Source of the DNA: Pristiophorus japonicus
Taxonomy: Eukaryota
Direction of reading: 5' to 3'
Length of the DNA: 64,000 nucleotides
Assembly: GCF_044704955.1 (NCBI RefSeq)
Contig: NC_091980.1
Location: forward strand, 11,222,001 to 11,286,000
Shown: one piece after another, positions 59,401 through 64,000 of the stretch
Position numbering within the stretch: position 1 is the first letter of the stretch
How the letters are laid out: each line of letters starts with the position of its first letter
Notes under the pieces: model-generated
Databases searched by the model: none
What the model was told of the DNA's origin: nothing
The model's input: only the letters and a program-made list of their open reading frames with translations
Translations under genes and position numbers: made by a program

Positions 59401-61519
59401 CTGCAGGGTTGCAAACCTAGAGCTGTTAATTGGGATTAGACTGGATAACCTCTGTTTGCCAGCAAAGATACGATGGTAAGTATTGCAGGGAATTACATAC
59501 GGCCACGGTGATCTCCTCGACTAGCTTCGATCGCCTGGATGTGTCGGAGAGGAATTTTCCCAGATTTCGTAACCATTGCCCTGGGTTTTATCTGGTTTTT
59601 GCCTCTCGCAGGAGATCACATGGTTCCGGTTGCGGGGTTGATTGTAGATTGTTTCAGTATAAGGGGTGTCGCAGTTGTGTGGGGCAGACCGGTTGGGCTG
59701 GGTGTTCTTTACCTTTCTGCCATTGTTCATTGTTCAGAGGTTTATATGTAACCTTCAGGTTACTGCTGACCGAGGGCCGTGGAGCACTTTGTCGGCTGGT
59801 GCAGACATAATGAACCGGAATGGCCTCCTTCTGCGCTGTAAAATTCTATGTTTCTGTAATGACCAGATCATCTGCTTTTGTTATCCTGATTGAGGGATAA
59901 CTCCCCAGCTATTCTTAGAAATAGTGCCACGGGATATTTTACATAAACCTCAGAGGACAGATGCGGCCTCAGTTTAACATCTCATCCAAAAGCCTCCACC
60001 TCAGACAGTGCAGCAATCCCTCAGCACTGCATTGGACTGTCTGCCTAGATTGTTTATATGCTCAAGTTACTGGAGTTGGACTTGAACCCACAACCGCTGA
60101 TGCAGACGCGAATGTGCGACCCACTGAGTCACAGTTGAATCAACCTGCACTTAAGATTCAGAAAAGTGATGGCAGGGGTCGTCGACAGTGCTATCAAGTG
60201 GCACGTACTCACCAATAACCTGCTCAATGTTGCTCAGTTTGGTTTCTGACTTCCAGAGGTGAGGAGAGAGGAACTGCCCTTGACATCAAGGTAGCACTTG
60301 ACCGAGTGTGGCCTCAAAGAACCGCAGAAAATTTGAAGTCAGTCTTACTTTGGTGGAAGCCTCTCTGCTGGGTGGAGTAATACTTGGCACAAAGAAGATG
60401 TTTGCAGTTGTTGCGGGCCATTCGTCTTATTCTCAGGACATTGGAACAGGAGTTCCTGATGGCAGTGTCATGGGCCCAACCATATTCAGCTGGCCCATCA
60501 ATGATGTTTCTGGCAACATAAATTCAGAAGTGGGGATGTTCACTGATGATTGCACAGTTTTCACTTCCAGCCGCAAAGCTTCAGCAAATGATGTAGTCTT
60601 TGCCTGCATGCAGTAAAACCTGGACAGCATTAAGACTTGTGCTGTCAAGTGGCAAGCAACATTTGTGGCACTCAAGTGCCAGGCAATGTTTCTCTCCAAC
60701 AAGAGGGAGTCTACCCACTTACCCTTGACATTCAACGGCATAACCATAGTCAAATCCACGACCATCAACATCCTTGGATCACCACTGACGGGAATCTTAA
60801 CTGGAACAATCACTTCATAATGTGGCTACAAGAGAAGGCCAGAGGCTTGGAATTCTGCAGTGAGTGACTGTCTTCTTTAGTCCCGAACGCCTTTCCACCA
60901 TCAACAAGGCACATATCAGGATATGATGAAATATTCTCCAATTGCATGCATGTGTGCAGCTCCAACAATATTGAAGAATCTCCCTCCCATCTAGGAATAA
61001 GCACCCCACTTGATTGGCACTCCATCCACCAGCTTGAACGTTCACTTCCTCCACCACCAGTGCACCGTGGCTGCAAGACCATCTACATGATTCGTGCCAG
61101 CAACTCACCAAGGCTTCTTTGACACCACCTCCAAACCTGCGACCTCTACCATCGAGGTGGATAAGGGCATCAAGCGGAGAGGAACAAACATAGAATTGAA
61201 AAGTAGGGAAGTTATGTTATACCAATATAGAAACTTGGTTGGGCCACACGTACAGTTCTGGTTGCCATATTATAGAAAATACATAGAGGCAGTGGAGAGG
61301 TTGCAGAGAAGATTTCCAAGGATGATACCAGAGACGCGAGGGTATCCATATCAGGAAAGGATGAACAGGCTAGGTCTCTTTTCTCTTGAAAAAGAAGGTG
61401 GAGGGGTGACCGAATATAGGTGGTTAAAATTTTGAAAGGTTTTGGAGTGGGACATTGCGCCCTTCAGGAATTAAGGGCTTAACAATGCAAGTTGCACACT
61501 AGCAGCAGATGATGAGACA
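56405..61519 (+). repeat. Intergenic spacer copy C (more diverged, partial): family-B LINE > DeuSINE > CR1 'A' (~57100-59858)
   Basis: Same nested TE order; lacks the spacer-A segment ~25040-27705 and the short CR1 3' insertion. Confidence 0.9.
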
Positions 61520-64000
61520 CCAGTGGTTGGCTGATCGGCTGGTGAGTATATCTCTTTGGTTTTGTGTTCTAATAGATAAGAGGATACATTACTAAATAAC
61601 TGTTTAGTGTGTGTAGTGGGAGTCAGTGTTTTTGCTGGGTAATTTAAGGGTAACAAGTGGGATGGCAGGGCAGCTCGTTGAAATGGAATGCAACATCTCT
61701 GACATGTGGGAATTCCTGGATGCTTGCCGCAACGGGGATGACCACATGTGCAGGATGTGTCTCCAGCTCCTCCAACTCGAGCGCCGAGTCTCGGAGCTTG
61801 AGCGAGGACTGGAGGCACTGAGGAGAATCCGAGAGAACGAGAGGTACGTGGATAGCTCATTTCAGGCGTTGGTCACCCCACAGATTAAAAGGGTACAGGA
61901 GGATAGGGAATGGGTGACCGTCGCACACAAGTGTATGGCGAGGCAGGTAGTGCAGGAATCCCCTGAGGCTATCCCGCTCTCCAACCGGTACTCTATTCTG
62001 ACTACTGGCGAGGGCGGTGATGCCTCTGGGGAGTGCAGCCAGGGCCAAGTCCACAGCACCGTGGGTGGCTCAGCTGCACATGGGGGGATGAAGAAGACGG
62101 GAAGGGCTATAATTAAAGGAGATTCAATAGTTGGGGCAGCAGATAGGCGCTTCTGTGGCAGCAAAAGTGACATCAGGATGGTGTGTTGCCTCCCTGGTGC
62201 AAGGGTCAATAATGTCACTGAGCGACTGCAGGACATTCTGGGGAGGGAAGGGGAACAGCCAATGGTTGTGGTCCACATTGGTACCAACGACATAGGTAGA
62301 AAGAGAGGTGAGGTCCTGAAAGCTGAATTTAGGGAGCTAGGAGTAAGATTGAAAGCCAGGACCTCAAAGGTGGTAATCTCGGGATTACTGCCAGTGCCAT
62401 GTACTAGTGAGGGTAGAAATAGGAAGACTAGTCAGATAAATACGTGACTGGGACATTGGTGTAGGAGGGAGGGTTTTAGTTTCCTGAACAATTGGGACCA
62501 CTTCTGGGGTAGGTGGGACCTGTACAAGTCGGACAGGTTACAGCTCAACAGAGACGGGACCAATGATCTCGCGGGTGGTTTTGATAGTACGGTTGGGAGT
62601 GCTTTAAACTAGCTTGGCAGGGGGATGGGAAACCACGAGAGGGCTCTGAGCTAGTTAGAGTGGGTGAGAGCTCAGATGAATAGAACTCCAAGAAAGGATG
62701 CAAAAGGCAGGAGGCAACAGAGCAGAGTAGCACTGGGGTAAGTGTAAACCACAAGGTGATTGGAAGGGATAATATGTATGAATATAAAGGGGCTATAGAT
62801 AGGGACAAAACTAAAAATCTTTGTTTAAAAACTAGTATTAAAACACTTTACCTAAACCTGTGCCGCATTCGAAACAAAGTAAATGAGTTGACGGCACAAA
62901 TCATTACAAATGGGAATGATTTGCTGGCCATTATGGAAACGTGGTTGCAGGGTGGCCAAGACTTGGAATTAAACATACAGGGGTGTCTGAAAATTCGGAA
63001 AGATCGACAAGAAGGAAAAGGAGGTCGGGTAGCTCTGTTAATAAAGGATGATATCAGGGCAGTTGTGAGAGACGGTATTGGCTCTAATGAACAAAATGTT
63101 GAATCATTGTGGGTAGAAATTAGAGATAGTAAGGGAAAAAAGTCACTGGTGCGCGTAGTTTATAGGCCCCCAAATAATAACATCACGGTGGGGCGGACAA
63201 TAATCAAGGGAATAATGGAGGCATGTGAAAAAGGAACGGCAATAATCATGGGGCATTTTAACCTATATATCGATTGGTCAAATCAAATCGCACGGGGTAG
63301 CCTTGAGGAAGAATTCATAGAATGCATACAGGATTGTTTCTTAGAACATTATGTTACAAAACTTAAAAGGGAGCAAGCTATCTTAGATCTGGTTCTATAT
63401 AATGAGACAGGAATAATAAACGATCTCCTCGTAAAAGATCCTCTCGGAATGAGTGATCACAGTATGGTTGAATTTGTAATAAAGATTGAGGGTGAGGAAG
63501 TGTTGTCTCAAACGAGCATACTATGCTCAAACAAACGGGACTACAGTGGGATGAAGGCAGAGTTGGCTAAAGTAGACTGGAAACACAGACTAAACGGTGG
63601 CACAATTGAGGAGCAGTGGAGGACTTTTAAGGAGCTCTATCATAGTGCTCAACAAAAATATATTCCAGTGAAAAAGAAGGGTGGTAAGAGAAGGGATAAC
63701 CAGCCGTGGATTACCAAGGAAATAAAGGAGAGTATCAAATTAAAACCAATGCATATAAGGTGGCCAAGGTTAGTGGGAAACTAGAAGGTTGGGAAAATTT
63801 TAAACGACAGCAAAGAATGACGAAGAAAGCAATAAAGAAAGGAAAGATACATTATGAAAGTAAACTTGCACAAAACATAAAAACAGATAGTAAAAGCTTT
63901 TAACGATATATAAAATGGAAAAGAGTGACTAAAGTAAATGTTGGTCCCTTAGAAGATGAGAAGAGGCATTTCATAATGGGAAATGTGGAAATGGCTGAGA
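61520..64000 (+). mobile_element. CR1 LINE 5' half (5' UTR, ORF1, ORF2 endonuclease); runs off the window end
   Basis: ORF1 from ATG 61662: Cys-rich region/coiled coil (CRMCLQLLQLERRVSELE) and SGNH esterase (IKGDSIV, VHIGTND), with a premature stop at 62445. ORF2 62756..63784 is the endonuclease (ETWL, YRPP, SDH), followed by a frameshift. Confidence 0.93.

Noticed and set aside
1-64000. CRISPR arrays, rRNA, prokaryotic RT systems, Pcdh constant exons
   Set aside because: None seen. Short tandem repeats are LINE tails, and all RTs belong to non-LTR retrotransposons.

Overview
Eukaryotic, repeat-dense vertebrate DNA, most likely from a cartilaginous fish (shark). This is inferred from the SacSINE1/DeuSINE-type SINEs and the CR1 families present. 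The window holds three intact, co-oriented 797-codon clustered-protocadherin variable exons (22308, 36546, 54011). Each has its own CSE/CGCT-box promoter and a phase-0 GTGAGT donor at the same codon. No constant exon is visible. The exons sit in 14-17 kb tandem units that were duplicated together with their nested transposons. Diagnostic insertions suggest the middle gene is an unequal-crossover chimera, later patched by gene conversion. The rest is CR1 LINEs, a second CR1/L2-group LINE family, DeuSINEs, RTE-derived elements, a decayed autonomous Harbinger with related MITEs, and a Tx1-clade 3' end nested five levels deep. Repeat boundaries were read by eye and are approximate unless a TSD is quoted.
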